A DNA stretch of 55,280 nt from Verrucomicrobiota bacterium (GTDB lineage Bacteria > Verrucomicrobiota > Verrucomicrobiia > Limisphaerales > CANJXF01): assembly GCA_038214755.1 (NCBI GenBank), contig JBBQRQ010000025.1, positions 1 to 55,280 of the forward strand, given 5' to 3'. The first letter of the stretch is position 1; each line of letters opens with the position of its first letter. Below, one piece after another: positions 46,504 to 55,280 of the stretch. Under the pieces are notes generated by a model. It did no database searches. It saw nothing but the letters and a program-made list of their open reading frames with translations, and was not told where the DNA came from. The position numbers and the translations under genes were made by a program.

Positions 46504-48216
46504 TTACGTTTCGTTCGTCAAGTCTGCGGGCTTTGGGTCGGGCAAAAAGAAAATGAGAACGAATGCCAGCGCGAAAACAGATAACCCAACGAGTCCTGCG
46601 GCCATCGCCACTTGATCGAAGGTGATCGTGGCTTTCATTTTCGGCGCGATCAGGTTCGTGGTCAGAAAAGCGGCGGAAGTTCCGATCATGCGACCGCCGA
46701 CGTTGGTGGCGAAACTTCCGCCGGTGCCGCGCAGATGCAGCGGAAAAACTTTTGGCAAATATTCGCCGAAATAACTGAATTGCGCGACAACGAGCAAACC
46801 GCAAAAGAAAATTCCCCATTGCATCGCCGGTGTGGACGTGTGGTAGAGCATCCAATAAGTGACAGGCAACATCAGCAGGCCGGGCACGACAAAAATGCGA
46901 AGCAGCGCGCGATGTGAAATCACAACGAGCAATAAAATCGCGAGTAGAATTCGCCCAACTAAACCGCCTGTCTCCTGGAAGCCCTGCATTTTGTTGCCGA
47001 CTTCTTTGATTTTCCGGTCGAGCGGTTCTTGTTGTTCGCGATTGTCGCCGAGTTGTTTCAAAATTTTCTCGCGGACAATGATGGCTTGTTTTGCTTCCGG
47101 TTTTTCGGCGGTGAGTCGTGTCAGGTTTGTATCGAGTTGGCTGATGCGAGAGGCGAGCGACGCAAGTTGGGTTTTGGCGGCAACTTTTTCGGAATCGCTC
47201 GCGGTTGGGTCATCGATAATTTTTTTCGGCGAACGCATCGCGATGCGAGTTTTGGCTCGTTGTGCGGCGAGTTCAGCGAGTCCTGGAATTTCTTTCGTTG
47301 CTTGCTGGAACGCGGGCATCGCCGCAGTGAGTTGTTGGTTCAGATTTTTTGCCTCGTCTTGCAACGGTTTTAGCGCTCGGCGTTGTTCAGCGAGTTCAGG
47401 CAAACCCGGCGCGATGCGTAAAGGAGTTAATTGCAACGCGCCAAACGCGGCGGCGTATGCGCAGGCCGAAAGCAGCGCGGTGACGATGGTGGCGCGACGC
47501 AACGCGGGGGAAAATAATTCGCCGAAGCTTGGGCGCTTCAAAGTTCCTGCTTCGCGTTTCTCGCGCCAGATTTGTGATTCAGGAACGAACGGCAACAACA
47601 ACGCAATGGGAATTGCTGGCAGCAGTCCGGTGAAAAGTGTGTAACGCCAGGTCGCGTGGGCATTGAAAATTTCGGGCAGATGCAAAGCAGGGAGTGAGTT
47701 GGCGTGTGCCACAATCCACGCGCTCATGAGAGTGACAAGAATTCCGCCCAACGACGCGAAAGCTTGCGTGGTTCCGAGAACAATTTTTTTTCGGCGCGGG
47801 TCGGGAAATAATTCTGCGAGCCAGGTGATCGCCGCGACGAATTCAACGCAGACGCCGATGAAAGTGGTGCAACGGAAAAAAATAAACATCGGCAACGTGG
47901 TGCTGAGCGCAGCCGCCACCGGCGAAAGCGAATAAACAAAAATGCTCGCGGCCATGATGCGCTTGCGACCGAAGCGATCAATCAACCAGCCGCCGAGCAA
48001 ACCAAAAATACCTCCGCAGAGCGCGCTCATCCAAAGCATTTTTCCCATCCACTCGGTCACGAGCGAATTGTTCGGCGGCACTTGCAGCAATTCAGCAATC
48101 GCCGGAACGCCGATGAGCGGCGTCATCAAAAGTTCGTAGGTGTCGAATAAAAATCCGATGGCCGCGATAACACAGATCAGCCATTGCGTGAGCGTCAGTC
48201 GAGACGATGAAGGCAT
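46504..48216 (-). CDS. MFS transporter (aromatic acid/sugar-acid-like) with a large soluble helical insertion
   Basis: FDTYE, GWLIDRFGRKR, WR..F, PES..W, FPLHLRGTG. Confidence 0.9.
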   Translation of the reverse strand: MPSSSRLTLTQWLICVIAAIGFLFDTYELLMTPLIGVPAIAELLQVPPNNSLVTEWMGKMLWMSALCGGIFGLLGGWLIDRFGRKRIMAASIFVYSLSPVAAALSTTLPMFIFFRCTTFIGVCVEFVAAITWLAELFPDPRRKKIVLGTTQAFASLGGILVTLMSAWIVAHANSLPALHLPEIFNAHATWRYTLFTGLLPAIPIALLLPFVPESQIWREKREAGTLKRPSFGELFSPALRRATIVTALLSACAYAAAFGALQLTPLRIAPGLPELAEQRRALKPLQDEAKNLNQQLTAAMPAFQQATKEIPGLAELAAQRAKTRIAMRSPKKIIDDPTASDSEKVAAKTQLASLASRISQLDTNLTRLTAEKPEAKQAIIVREKILKQLGDNREQQEPLDRKIKEVGNKMQGFQETGGLVGRILLAILLLVVISHRALLRIFVVPGLLMLPVTYWMLYHTSTPAMQWGIFFCGLLVVAQFSYFGEYLPKVFPLHLRGTGGSFATNVGGRMIGTSAAFLTTNLIAPKMKATITFDQVAMAAGLVGLSVFALAFVLIFFLPDPKPADLTNET

Positions 48217-48237
48217 GCTTTATTTTGATGAAACGGT

Positions 48238-49827
48238 TTACGGTTTCTTCAAATCAATTTTCGGCGGTTGGTCGGTGTTGATTGGTTTCGCGGAATTGCC
48301 CAGCGCGTAAAGATGCGTGTTGCTCGCGACGTAAATCGTTCCGTTCGCGACAACCGGCGTCGAGTAAACGGGAGCGCCCATGTTGGTTTCGCTCAAAACT
48401 TTTTTCTCTTTCGTTGCGGCGAGCACGACGAAATCTCCATCCTCATCGCCCACATAAACTTTTCCATCCGCCACGAGAGTCGAACCCCACATGTGGCCTT
48501 TCATGTCATGCGTCCAATAAACTTTTCCAGTTTCAGCATCAAGGCAATGGATGAACCCGGAAAAATCGCTGACGAAAAGCAATCCGGTTTCTGGATCGAT
48601 CGAGACGGTGGAAAGGGTGCGATCAATTTTTTTGTAGTCCCAAATCACACCCGTCTTGGTGATGTCGCCGGATTTTGTTGCATCGAGGCAAAGAAGATGC
48701 CCAGAGCCTGTACCGTGTTCAGGGTCCTGGCCGGTTGCCACATAGATTCTATTTTTGTAAAACACTGGAGTCGCATTGATCTCGCTTGGTCCCTCCGCTG
48801 CCGGATATTTGATCGGCTGGCCATCTTTGGTTTTTTTGTATTCTGGCGGGTTGCAATCGGCCCACCAAAGTTTTTTCAAATAACTGGTGTCACCTTCCTT
48901 GACCGGCTTCGCGTCAAACGCGTAACAGAATCCATCGCCGCCACCGAAGAACACGAGCTGTTTGCCATTCACCTTTCCGGTGGAAGGCGAACTCCATTGG
49001 CCGTGGAAAATTCGCGGGCCGATGTGCGCGTCGTCTTCCCCGACGAGTTCGCCGGTTTTTTTATTGAGCGCAATGAAGCTCGGAGAATTGGGTGAAGGAA
49101 TATTCGAGTGCGTCCAATCCTGTCCGTTGGAAGTGCAGGCGTAAACGATGTCGTCCACGATGAGCACGGAACAGTTGGAAGCATTGTGAGGAAAAACGCC
49201 GAGTTCATCCATCATGTCGTAGCGCCAGATAATATCCGCGTCCTTTGGGCCACTTTTCACCTTTGGTTTTCCGGGGCCGACGACATATTGCGCTTCCTCT
49301 TTGAACGGGCCGTCGTTGCCATTCTTCAAACCGTCAACGTCCAGGCACACGACTTCACAACGGCTGGTCACGATGTAAACGCGATTGCCTTCAACCGTCG
49401 GCGACGAAAGCAGACCAAGAGTTTCCCAATCGTTGACTTTTCCAGATGCAAGTTTCGGCACCACGAGTTGCCATAAAAATTCCCCGGTCTTTTCATCAAA
49501 GCACATCAGAATGCTGCGGTCGCCCTGATGTTTCGGGTCGCGCGGATTGTCGTTGTTCGTTCCGATGAAAATTTTCCCCCCTGCGACGGTCGTGTTCCCA
49601 TAACTCTGCGAGCCGAGTTTCGCGGCCCACTTCACATTCTTCGTCGTGGCGAGATCAATTTCTTCGGAGCCGGATTTTGGTTTTCCCGGCTCAAAGCGGT
49701 CGGGCAGATTTTTCTCCGTTGAATACATGTTCCGATCCGGCTTGCCGCCCCATTGCGGCCAGTCGGCGGCGAAGGTTTGATTAACCAAGAGTGCCGAAAC
49801 CAAAAATATGATTTGTGATGTTTTCAT
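48238..49827 (-). CDS. Secreted PQQ-binding-like beta-propeller protein
   Basis: Signal peptide, DWPQWGG, repeated C.D..TG...W blades. Confidence 0.9.
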   Translation of the reverse strand: MKTSQIIFLVSALLVNQTFAADWPQWGGKPDRNMYSTEKNLPDRFEPGKPKSGSEEIDLATTKNVKWAAKLGSQSYGNTTVAGGKIFIGTNNDNPRDPKHQGDRSILMCFDEKTGEFLWQLVVPKLASGKVNDWETLGLLSSPTVEGNRVYIVTSRCEVVCLDVDGLKNGNDGPFKEEAQYVVGPGKPKVKSGPKDADIIWRYDMMDELGVFPHNASNCSVLIVDDIVYACTSNGQDWTHSNIPSPNSPSFIALNKKTGELVGEDDAHIGPRIFHGQWSSPSTGKVNGKQLVFFGGGDGFCYAFDAKPVKEGDTSYLKKLWWADCNPPEYKKTKDGQPIKYPAAEGPSEINATPVFYKNRIYVATGQDPEHGTGSGHLLCLDATKSGDITKTGVIWDYKKIDRTLSTVSIDPETGLLFVSDFSGFIHCLDAETGKVYWTHDMKGHMWGSTLVADGKVYVGDEDGDFVVLAATKEKKVLSETNMGAPVYSTPVVANGTIYVASNTHLYALGNSAKPINTDQPPKIDLKKP

Positions 49828-49926
49828 TTTTTCCAAATTTTATTACCACGTTCACAAAACCGATCCGCCACTCAAATCGCGTTTTGGGACCAATTCAATG
49901 AGTCCGCAGCGGCTGCGTAATCAAAA

Positions 49927-50286
49927 TCATTCGAGTGGTTCGTAGCCAACACACAACGCGACCGCAGCAGCAACCTCTTCGACCTTATCAGACGCCAGCA
50001 CTCCAAGTTTTTGTAACAGACGAATTTCAGAAACAGACTTGGTTTGGAACGCGTCTGCGCCTGAATCTTTAGTTAATCCACTTCCCATGAAATGCGGTAA
50101 ATGGACGAACCAGGGATATTGGGAATAGGCTGGCTTCCAATCCGTAATCGGAACGACCATCGACAACGGCAACCGGCCTACTTCTGGAACATTGATTACC
50201 AGAGCCGGGCGAATTTTCTGAATTTCGGCACCCACTGCCGGAAAAAATTGCACGTCCCAAATTTCTCCGCGAAACGCCTTACTCAT
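49927..50286 (-). CDS. PemK/MazF-family toxin
   Basis: RGEIW.V.F.P.VG.EIQKIRPALVI, VVPITDW, GL.KDS. Confidence 0.92.
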   Translation of the reverse strand: MSKAFRGEIWDVQFFPAVGAEIQKIRPALVINVPEVGRLPLSMVVPITDWKPAYSQYPWFVHLPHFMGSGLTKDSGADAFQTKSVSEIRLLQKLGVLASDKVEEVAAAVALCVGYEPLE

Positions 50287-50524
50287 AGTCCATTGGCGGA
50301 TCGAAATCTTCGCAAATCAGATTCGGGTCGTCCCGGTATATTTCCGCTGCTGAAGCTGCTTGTTTCGCCAAGATCTTGCCGCGTTCCGCTCTGGGCAATA
50401 GCATTAACTCACGGGCCGTCGGTGCAGCGGCGTGCTCTATGATGGCGATGTAAGCCAGAACGGACTTGGCTGCCGGTTCAGACAACGACTTAATTTTCTC
50501 AGTTGCAAGTTCGATGGCGCTCAT
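50279..50524 (-). CDS. Probable antitoxin
   Basis: 81-aa ORF overlapping mazF; own promoter-like TTGAAA-16 nt-TAGCTT 6 nt before ATG. Confidence 0.72.
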   Translation of the reverse strand: MSAIELATEKIKSLSEPAAKSVLAYIAIIEHAAAPTARELMLLPRAERGKILAKQAASAAEIYRDDPNLICEDFDPPMDYE

Positions 50525-50566
50525 GTGTTTAAGCTATAGTTTTCAGAATGGATTTCAACGCCATGA

Positions 50567-52915
50567 TCAATTCGGCGTCACCGAAATATTATCAATCAAC
50601 ACGCGTTGATCCTGCGGCGAAAAACCAAATAGTCCCGGCGAACCGTTTTGATGCGCCGTCTTGTGCGAGACTTCCAATGTCCATTTTTCCGGCTCGGTCT
50701 CGCCCTTCTTCCACGCTTTGGCGCGCACAACTCCAGTACCGTCTTTCGCCACATCCACTCGCGCTTTCAAACGATACCAAACATTTGGCGACCACTTGAA
50801 ATCCGTCGATTCGCGAAGGCGCTCGAAATTGGAACTGATCTCCATTTTCTGTTCGTTGCCTTTGAGCGTAATCAAATAGCGCTGAGCGATGAGACCGACT
50901 TCGGACATTTTCAAAACGCGTTCTCCGCGCATTTTTCCTTCGCTCATCACGTCGGCTTCGATGGTGTAATTCTTCGTGTTCGGGTCGCCCATGAAAACAG
51001 TCGCGCGCTGAAAAAATCGGTTGTCGATGGTCTTGGCAAAAACTTTGTTTCCCGGTGGCTGTCCGCCAGGACTCTCGCGAATGTCGAACTTGAAACGCGC
51101 GCCAATCCACGGCAACGGCGGATACGCAAACGGCGTCGGTTGCTCGACGTCGTTCGTGGTCGTCTCCGAAAGTTTCGCCCATTCAAAATCCTGTTTGATC
51201 GGAAGGTAAGGCAAGATGCGTCCGCGAATGTAGCCTTTCAAATTTCCAATCGTCGCCTCGAACGCGCCCGCCGACGGCGTGGAATTAGTTGCGGCTTCCA
51301 ATTCGCCATCGGGGTTGAACGTCGCGTTCATCGTCGCTTTGACTTTCGCGGTGGGCGGAATGAACGAAGCCCACTTGACCGATTTCATGTCTTTTATTTC
51401 ATCAATCGCAAATCCATTTGCGTCGAGCCTGTAGATACGAAAATTCGCAATTTGTCCCGGGCGCAGCAAAACTTCGGATGGGATGATTTGCAGTTGTGCC
51501 GCGGTGGTTGGAGCGGGCCATTTTTCAGGAGCGGGTTCAGCGGGCAATCCGCTATTGTCTCCTTTTTTTCCGAAGGCGTAAAGATGGCGCGTCGTCTGCA
51601 AATAAACTTTTCCGTTGTAAGCGGTCGGGGTTCCGAAGCAGCCCCCATCCAACGCGACGTGCGCCAGAATTTTTCCTTCGGTGTCGCTCGGCTGAATGAT
51701 GTAAAACGCGCCGGTCGTTCCGGCTTCACCGCCCTCAGATTTGCTGGCGGGATCGTCGAGCATCGGAACGTAAAGTTTTCCATCGGCAAAAATCAACGCG
51801 GCGTTGCGTTGCTCAATGCCGATTTTCAAATGCCAAAGGATTTTTCCGGTGTTCGCATCGACGGAATTCAAATCACCTTTCTCCGTGACCACATAAATTC
51901 TGTCTCCCACCAAAATCGGCGAGCTGGTCGAAGTAGAAAGATCGTTCGCCCACAGTTGCGCCGCGCTGCGTTCCACCACCACGGGCGCGCTCGCGGCATT
52001 GGTCGGCGTCACGTGCGGAATTTTCAGCGCGATCATTTGGCCGGGTTCGTAGGGCGTCCCGTAAATGGCGATGATTTTGTCGTCGTTGTGAACGAGCACC
52101 GTGGCGTTGATGCCCGCTTTGAAAACCGGAATTCTCCAAATCGGTTCGCCCGTGCGCGCGTTTACGCACACCACGCTGCCGTCGCCCGTCGCCGAATAAA
52201 AAACGCGTTTGCCATCGAGAAAACTCAAATACGGATGCGAAAACGAATTGTCTTTTGGGCGGTCGCCCGGACTCGAGGACCAAACCAGTTGGCCGGATTT
52301 TTTATCGAAGGCGTAGAAACGATCTCCCGCCGGGCCGTTTGCGCCCCAGTTCCCCGTGATGCCGCGCGTGATGACCAGATCGTTGTCGATGAGCGGCGAC
52401 GCCGTGCGGCTGTTCGGAAAGGTGAGGCGGCCAAATTCTTCCATGAGCGAATGTTGCCAGATCAAGTTTCCATCGGCGGTGAACGCGGCCAAAATTCCCT
52501 GCGTGCCTTGCATGTAAATGTTGCCGGTTTCAGGATCGACCGCCGGACTCGACGTCGCGTAACGCAAATAAATCGTGTCGCTGAGAAAGTCGTTGTAACG
52601 CTTTTCCCAAAGTTTTTTCCCAGTCTCGGCGTCGAAGCAGGCGACGCCCTCCTGCAGGTCGGCCCCATCGCCGAGATAACCCATGATATAAACTTTTCCG
52701 TTGGCGACGACGGGCGTCGATTTGCCGGGGAAATCCACGACCCACAACGGATTCTTCGGATCGATTTTGTCGGGGAGATTTTTTTCCAGCGACACTCCGT
52801 TTTGCTGCGGCCCCCGCCAATTGAGCCAGCCGCGCACGACAGGATTTGTCGCGGCGAAAAGGACCTTGATGGAAAACAGAGCAAAAAAAATGGCGAAGAA
52901 AATTTTGCGTTTCAT
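50567..52915 (-). CDS. Secreted PQQ-binding-like beta-propeller protein with C-terminal beta-sandwich domains
   Basis: Signal peptide at MKRKIFF, WLNWRGP, propeller blades, C-terminal WYRLKARV..KAW..EP..W..IDNISV. Confidence 0.9.
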   Translation of the reverse strand: MKRKIFFAIFFALFSIKVLFAATNPVVRGWLNWRGPQQNGVSLEKNLPDKIDPKNPLWVVDFPGKSTPVVANGKVYIMGYLGDGADLQEGVACFDAETGKKLWEKRYNDFLSDTIYLRYATSSPAVDPETGNIYMQGTQGILAAFTADGNLIWQHSLMEEFGRLTFPNSRTASPLIDNDLVITRGITGNWGANGPAGDRFYAFDKKSGQLVWSSSPGDRPKDNSFSHPYLSFLDGKRVFYSATGDGSVVCVNARTGEPIWRIPVFKAGINATVLVHNDDKIIAIYGTPYEPGQMIALKIPHVTPTNAASAPVVVERSAAQLWANDLSTSTSSPILVGDRIYVVTEKGDLNSVDANTGKILWHLKIGIEQRNAALIFADGKLYVPMLDDPASKSEGGEAGTTGAFYIIQPSDTEGKILAHVALDGGCFGTPTAYNGKVYLQTTRHLYAFGKKGDNSGLPAEPAPEKWPAPTTAAQLQIIPSEVLLRPGQIANFRIYRLDANGFAIDEIKDMKSVKWASFIPPTAKVKATMNATFNPDGELEAATNSTPSAGAFEATIGNLKGYIRGRILPYLPIKQDFEWAKLSETTTNDVEQPTPFAYPPLPWIGARFKFDIRESPGGQPPGNKVFAKTIDNRFFQRATVFMGDPNTKNYTIEADVMSEGKMRGERVLKMSEVGLIAQRYLITLKGNEQKMEISSNFERLRESTDFKWSPNVWYRLKARVDVAKDGTGVVRAKAWKKGETEPEKWTLEVSHKTAHQNGSPGLFGFSPQDQRVLIDNISVTPN

Positions 52916-52981
52916 GTGCGCGGGCTTTGGTTGAGCGATTGCGATTACGTTAAACAGGCTTGTGTGGTTTGCAACCAAAAG

Positions 52982-52999
52982 ATACTTACACGTAGTAAT
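52982..52999. promoter_or_regulatory. Possible MarR operator in the divergent intergenic region
   Basis: Imperfect dyad ATACTTACACGTAGTAAT. Confidence 0.3.
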
Positions 53000-53114
53000 G
53001 CCAATCTCGAGTGAGGAAAGACAAATGCCCATTGTAGAAATGCTTTGGTGGCGCGCAGTTAAAACTCCTGATTCGGCATTTTTCATTCATCATTCGAAAT
53101 TTCTAATTTGATTC

Positions 53115-53609
53115 GTGCAAAAAAAGATTTCCAAGCTGCATACCCTACCCGTCGATGCGCCGGAGCGACGGCGTTTGCCGATTCTGATGCGGCGCGCCTG
53201 GTACGGATTGAACCAGGCTTTTCGCCGGCGCATTGCCCACACCGGCGTCACGCCCGACCAATTCACGGCGATGCGCACGTTATTTGAAAACGAAGCGGCC
53301 GGATTGACCCAGAGCGAATTGACCAAGCAGATGGCGAGCGACCCCAATACGATTGCGTCACTGGTGGAACGAATGGAGAAAGGTGGATTGATCGAGCGCA
53401 ACGCGCACGAAAAAGATCGCCGTGCTTATCGGCTTCGATTGAGGACAACGGGTAAACGAAAATATGAGGAGGTGCGTGAAATTGCCGTCGCGTTTCAGAC
53501 GGAAATCTTGTCCGCGCTGCCGCAGGAAAGGCGCGAAAAATTTTTGGAAGAACTGGCGGTGGTTGGGAACGCTTGCGTATTGGCCGCAGGCAACGTGATA
53601 AAAAAGTAA
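53115..53609 (+). CDS. MarR-family transcriptional regulator
   Basis: GVTPDQF, LTQSEL, LVERME..GLIER...DRRA..L.L...G. Confidence 0.93.
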   Translation: MQKKISKLHTLPVDAPERRRLPILMRRAWYGLNQAFRRRIAHTGVTPDQFTAMRTLFENEAAGLTQSELTKQMASDPNTIASLVERMEKGGLIERNAHEKDRRAYRLRLRTTGKRKYEEVREIAVAFQTEILSALPQERREKFLEELAVVGNACVLAAGNVIKK

Positions 53610-53859
53610 CCGCCCCCTGACTCAGATAGATTTGCAGCCTGTTTCTGTATTAGGCGCTTTGGCAGAGATGAATAGTAAGCTAACTCCAATGAGAACATAA
53701 AGACTAAGGAGCAGAGACTAATCCAGCTCAGCTACTCTGGCTCGGATCAATTCCTTCACCAATTCTCGATCGATTTCCCAATCGACCGCGATCTGAAAAC
53801 AGTTCTTCCTGGCCACAAATTCCCCAATCTCAAGAAATGATAAAATTCAAAGTCCAAAC

Positions 53860-54432
53860 CTAGACCCTGAGCGAGGCACGGAACGCTCGGGCGCTATAGT
53901 AAGACTGCGCACCGTTGTGATAAATGAAGACACGGCCGAAGCGGCGATCACCAAAGAGTGCGCCGCCGAGTTTTCTAATATCTGCGGGGGTTTTCACCCA
54001 GGTCGTCGTCTTCGTATCGAACTCTCCAAGTTTCTGCAGCTCTCGATATTGTTCTTCCGTCAAAAGCTCGATGCCCATGGCCGCTGCCAGATCCATGGCG
54101 GTATTTTTCGGCTTATGTTCCTTCCTTGATTCCAGCCCTTCACGGTCGTAGCAAACACTTGCGCGGCCATTAGGACTTTCCGGTGAACAATCAAAAAAAA
54201 TGTATTCGCCCGTCTTTTTATCATGACCAACCACATCCGGTTCACCGCCCGTTCTTTCCATTTCATTCAGTGACCACAGTTTGTCGGTATTAGCTTCCAG
54301 CTTTGTTTTTACTTTGGCCCATTCAAGACTTCTATGGCGGCTCATGTTTTTCTCAAAACGGGCTTTTAACCCTCTGAGTAGTTCTTCACGTTGTTCTGGT
54401 GACAACTCCTTTTTTGTTTCAGAGCTTTTCAT
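53860..54432 (-). CDS. DUF4256-family protein
   Basis: LKARFEKNM.RH..LEW, MERTGGEPDVV, CYDRE.LESRK, YHNGAQSYY.AR.FR.SLRV. Confidence 0.85.
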   Translation of the reverse strand: MKSSETKKELSPEQREELLRGLKARFEKNMSRHRSLEWAKVKTKLEANTDKLWSLNEMERTGGEPDVVGHDKKTGEYIFFDCSPESPNGRASVCYDREGLESRKEHKPKNTAMDLAAAMGIELLTEEQYRELQKLGEFDTKTTTWVKTPADIRKLGGALFGDRRFGRVFIYHNGAQSYYSARAFRASLRV

Positions 54433-54444
54433 ATAGGTTTCCCC

Positions 54445-54732
54445 AACTGTGTAAAAAACTTTTTCAATGCTTGAGACTTATCTCTGCGGATCGTCTTCTA
54501 CAAGCATGAATCATTTGTCTGGGTTGCATTGAGAAAGCATTGCACGCGGAATCGCGCCGTTGCGGGACCAACCGCCGCATCACGCGGGAGGAGAACGAAG
54601 GGTTGATGGAAGAGATGGCGGCGCGGGTTAAGGCCAACCGGGGAACCATGAAGTTAAGGAAGGCGCTGGTCGAACATCCCTTTGGCACGATGAAGCGAGT
54701 GATGAACGCGGGTTACTTCCTGTGCAAAGGAC
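54445..54732 (+). mobile_element. IS1182-family remnant (end-like sequence plus C-terminal DDE fragment)
   Basis: ACTGTGTAAAAA end-like motif; RRITREENE..MEEM..R......MKLRKALVEHPFGTMKR. Confidence 0.75.
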
Positions 54733-54796
54733 TGTGTCGGAGAGCCGAGCCACATTGGTTGGTCGTTAACACAAACAAAGAAAGGAAAGCAGACAC

Positions 54797-55041
54797 ATGA
54801 ACGTTATCCAATATATCGGGCTGGATGTCCATAATGATTCCATCGCCATTTTCCTCGCGCCGTCGGACAGCATGCCCACAAACTGGCGCGCATCCTCTGG
54901 CACATGATCAAGTTCCATCAAGCCTACGACTCGACCGTCTGGCATAAAGCCGAAGAAAAACTGAAGAAGAAACGACGGCAACGCCTGGAAAAAAACGCCG
55001 CCGCCCTCGGCTACAAACTCATTTGCGCCCCAATGACTTAG
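54797..55041 (+). mobile_element. Internally deleted IS110-family transposase remnant
   Basis: MNVIQYIGLDVHNDSIAI (N-terminal GLDVH motif) joined out of frame to AHKLARILWHM...L.K.A.ALGY.L (C-terminus). Confidence 0.8.
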
Positions 55042-55084
55042 ACGCCTAGTTTTTTATGAGACTACGTCGTAATCATATTAAATA

Positions 55085-55279
55085 TCATCGTCGTGGCTGG
55101 CGAGTGAAGAACCAAACGCACAACGGAAGCAGCAAAGCACCCACTGCAATGCCTAACATCCCGGCGGCAACAACAGTGAACATGTCGTTGTGAGAATTCC
55201 CCATACCCTGAAGCATCAAAACGCCAAGGCACAAGTAATACCCGCTAAGGAAACCAACAAAACCCCCTGCTGGTATTGC
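55085..55279 (-). CDS. 3' end of a membrane protein (truncated by the window edge)
   Basis: Open frame with two hydrophobic segments ending ..VWFFTRQPRR*. Confidence 0.55.
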   Translation of the reverse strand, partial: AIPAGGFVGFLSGYYLCLGVLMLQGMGNSHNDMFTVVAAGMLGIAVGALLLPLCVWFFTRQPRR

Positions 55280-55280
55280 A

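Noticed and set aside
50648..53014. 788-aa plus-strand ORF and other long antisense ORFs (for example 35858-37048, 40935-41861)
   Set aside because: These are shadow frames of well-supported genes on the opposite strand, with no recognisable motifs

Overview
Bacterial chromosomal window, probably Verrucomicrobiota (inferred from three BamB/PQQ-like beta-propeller proteins, the style of the secreted proteins and the repeat families; not proven). The housekeeping backbone is ribD-ribE, rnr, an ABC-F ATPase, prs-rplY-pth-rpsF-ssb-rplI and cca. Accessory material is dense: six toxin-antitoxin-like pairs, a GmrSD-like DUF262 nuclease with a KilA-N gene, a YqhH-like SNF2 helicase operon, a MarR-adjacent PQQ-propeller/MFS/EhpF-like gene run, IS1182/IS1380/IS110 remnants, decayed DUF4062 and DpnI-like genes, and many REP/MITE-like inverted repeats. 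Four observations stand out. (1) Three codon-aligned 24-bp variant palindromes lie just upstream of the KilA-N gene and mimic a perfect 24-bp palindrome inside its coding sequence. (2) Nested 'matryoshka' inverted-repeat elements recur. (3) A REP doublet and 7-mer repeats are translated in frame inside ribD. (4) TA cassettes are bracketed by diverged duplicates of the neighbouring host genes. No rRNA, tRNA or CRISPR array was recognised. All family assignments come from motif recognition, not database searches.
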